Notes under the pieces: generated by a model
The model's input: only the letters and a program-made list of their open reading frames with translations
Told to the model about the DNA's origin: nothing
Database searches by the model: none
Position numbers and translations under genes: made by a program
Shown: one piece after another, positions 61,516 through 64,000 of the stretch
Position numbering within the stretch: the first letter of the stretch is position 1
Layout: the number at the start of each line of letters is the position of its first letter
Assembly: GCA_002269645.1 (NCBI GenBank)
Contig: NIVC01000153.1
Span: 208,703-272,702 of the forward strand
DNA from: Macrostomum lignano
Taxonomy: Eukaryota
Reading direction: 5' to 3'
Length of the DNA stretch: 64,000 bases

Positions 61516-63711
61516 CTGCCCTCGATTTTTTGCCCCTCCTGTGCTGCTTCTGATTGGCTGGCCCCTACGTGATCGGATGCCCCGAGCAAAGTGGGCATCG
61601 AAAAGCGACTTCAAGTGCGCGACAGCGATCTTGATCAGCTGAAGCTGCGCTCATGCAGATTCAGTGTCGGCACTCTGCTAATGAGCTGCGAAATTAATAA
61701 TGAGAGCTATAGCCATAGCCATGCAGTGCTGCCTCGATCATATGGTTCAGAATGAATCTAGTCTTGCATGCAGTGCAGCGAATCTTCCCCAATCCCATGC
61801 CTGCCGCTATCAATCCAGAGCGGGGTTGCGTGACTGTGAGACTTCATAGCCGTCCTGAGCACACAGAGAGAGAGAGAGAGTCCAGCAGACTATAAGACCC
61901 AGAGCAGTGTGAAGGCAGGCGACCAGCAACTATTTTGTAGAAAATTTGTAGTGGGGGGTTGGTAGTGGCGGCAGGGTGGAAGTTTTGCTTGAATAATTTA
62001 TTAAACCAAACGTATTCCAGCGGCCTGAGGCACCCCAACCCTCCCCAACCCGCCCCCCCCCCTGCAAATTGAGTGCCAAATGACGCCGTGGGCGGCACGC
62101 TTTTCGGGCGCGGCCGGTTTTGGACAAAAATACAGTGGGAGGAGCTTTGTCAACATCATCCCTACCCAGCTTCCTTTGCCGTTCATATACGTATATATAT
62201 ATATATGTGTGTGTATATATGAGTCTCTGATTGTATATATTCACTCAGCACTCAGCAACATTGAAAAGTCGCCACCCTTTGCCCCAGTGAGCAGTGTCTT
62301 TCGACCAGCCTCTATCACCTGGCCAACCATTTAAATATATAAAAATGCTTGAAAAAACAAAGAAAACCGGGCGGAAGCTTCAATCCCCACATCCAATCTT
62401 TGCCCTCCGCTCTTCCCAATCCCTCCTCACTCAGCCCAACTCTGCATCGCGCCGCGTGGCGCAAGTTGCGTCACTCAAAAGTCAACATTGAGCTAGAATT
62501 TACTGTGCACTGTCAAAGGTGGCGACTTTTTAATGTTGTTGAGTATATTTAATAACTCCACTGACTGGCACTCCCAATGCTGCAAGAGATCTCAGCGCTG
62601 CTAAAGAATAATAAAACTTCTCCGAGTTAAAAAAAACATATGCACACAAAAATGAGCTGAAGCTTCATCAGCTGCTTTGATTACGTAATAGAGGGAAGTG
62701 AATTCGCTGGCCCGATGCGGATGGGGAGCACGCACCGGAGTCCGTCAATAAGTGTCAGTTTCAGGGTGGACTGCAACCCTCCCTTGCCCCCCCCCTGCGC
62801 AGTGCCATCGATGCAAAATCGACCGGCCCGCATATCCAGCATCCAACATCAATCCGCAGTCTGTACAGTGCTCCCCTCTAGCTCCTATATTCTGCCCCAT
62901 GCATTCATATCGCATATTATCCTCAAATATCCCAAACAGGCGGGTCGCGTGACCTATCAGTCAGCTGTAGCCGCTAATCAGTTGCACTCCTCCCTGCCCC
63001 CTGGCAACTCATCACGGATCAGCTGAGCTATCCCCCCCAAACCCCCGCTGCGTCAACTGTCAGGACTCTACTCTCTTGTTCTGAGCCGGAAAAATCAGAC
63101 ACAATTAGAAGACAGAAGGCACAAGAGAGTCATCATGATTTGCTCAATCTCAAATGCACAGCTAGAGAAGTGTCAATCAATTTTCAAGAGCTCATTTAGA
63201 CATTTTAAGCGCATGACCGGTCGCGTCTCAAGTGCCCGAACTCGACCGTCACTCGAGTTTGCTAAGCGGTCACACTTTTCCTCTTGGGCGAACTCGTTTT
63301 GAAGAGTTCATTCTCCTCCTTCTCCTCTTCTTCAAGCATGTCGCCATTCTTCCACTGTCTCTAAGCTGAGGGAAGGGCACATTTTTGGTTAAATTAGAAT
63401 CTTCTGGCCGGCCGGCCTTCTTATCCAATTCCGAAGCGGTGAAAGTGGGACCGCTCTTGACACAGTCTTACCATCGCGCCTTCACTTTATTCTCTCTTAT
63501 ATATAAGAGTCCAACACTGGCTTTTATGGCATTAATTAAAATCCCTAGCCGAGACCTCCAAGCCACTCGACCCAGCAGCCTGTGGAGTGGGCCGCCAATC
63601 TCCACCAGCTTCATCCAGTCTCTTAAAGTCTCTTGGCTGGCTGATTTCGATCCAATCGGGGTGCAGAGTCTAAAAATATTGTGTCGCTAGGGCCAGACAG
63701 ACCCAACTCAC

Positions 63712-63790
63712 CTGCCAGCAGCAGCAGCAGCATCAGCGGTTGCCGGCGTAGAACTCGCCCAGCTAATAGCTGCCGCTGTCGGGTTGTCAT
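63712..63790 (-). CDS. Kirre/NEPH1/SYG-1-like receptor, exon 1 (signal peptide); full CDS join(63790-63712,54590-54360,51642-51243,50925-50665,49998-49363,48739-48591,47068-46943,46220-45779,43421-42965), ~926 aa, 5 Ig + TM + PDZ-binding tail
   Basis: MTTRQRQLLAGRVLRRQPLMLLLLLA with a phase-1 donor G|GTGAGT joins exon 2 to give ...LLLLLAASSGSDA/SLRV. Five Ig domains, no FN3 and a terminal T-x-V match the Kirre/Rst/NEPH family. The exact start codon is uncertain. Confidence 0.7.
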
Positions 63791-64000
63791 TGATTTCGAA
63801 GACTTCGAAGACTGGCGGACAGAGTGACAGGTGGCTCGTCCAGTTGCTGAATAATGCAGTGGAGTCTGCAAATCGTGTAGGGGGAGGGAGTGATGGCGGT
63901 GTTCAAAACTGCAACGCAAGCATCTTCTATGCACACTAGGAGGTAAACTTAGGAGTCTGAGAGGCGGATGAAGGAAGGGAAAAAACTGCTCCATCTTAGC

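Overview
Eukaryotic (animal) genomic DNA. GC-rich, low-complexity exons sit in AT-rich introns packed with minisatellites; this style resembles the flatworm Macrostomum, which is an inference and not a lookup. Six protein-coding loci were reconstructed by hand, with GT-AG sites and reading-frame phases checked where spliced: the 5' part of an FNDC3-like gene (-), a complete 6-exon WDR47 (+), a 3-exon MRPS10 (-), an orphan class I SAM-methyltransferase-like exon (+), an intronless secreted prohormone encoding tandem LFGTPDRY-type peptides (+), and a 9-exon Kirre/NEPH1/SYG-1-type 5-Ig adhesion receptor (-). Mobile DNA comprises four copies of a tRNA-headed CORE-type SINE, TIR elements with intact target-site duplications (two hAT-like, one Tc1/mariner, one Sola1-like, one Merlin/MULE-like), piggyBac relics and an RTE-like relic. 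The best candidates for undescribed biology are: (1) the non-amidated LFG...RY/RF neuropeptide precursor; (2) the orphan methyltransferase; (3) intron-private minisatellites that abut splice sites, one amplifying a branch-point-like unit and another probably filling the Kirre-like 3' UTR.
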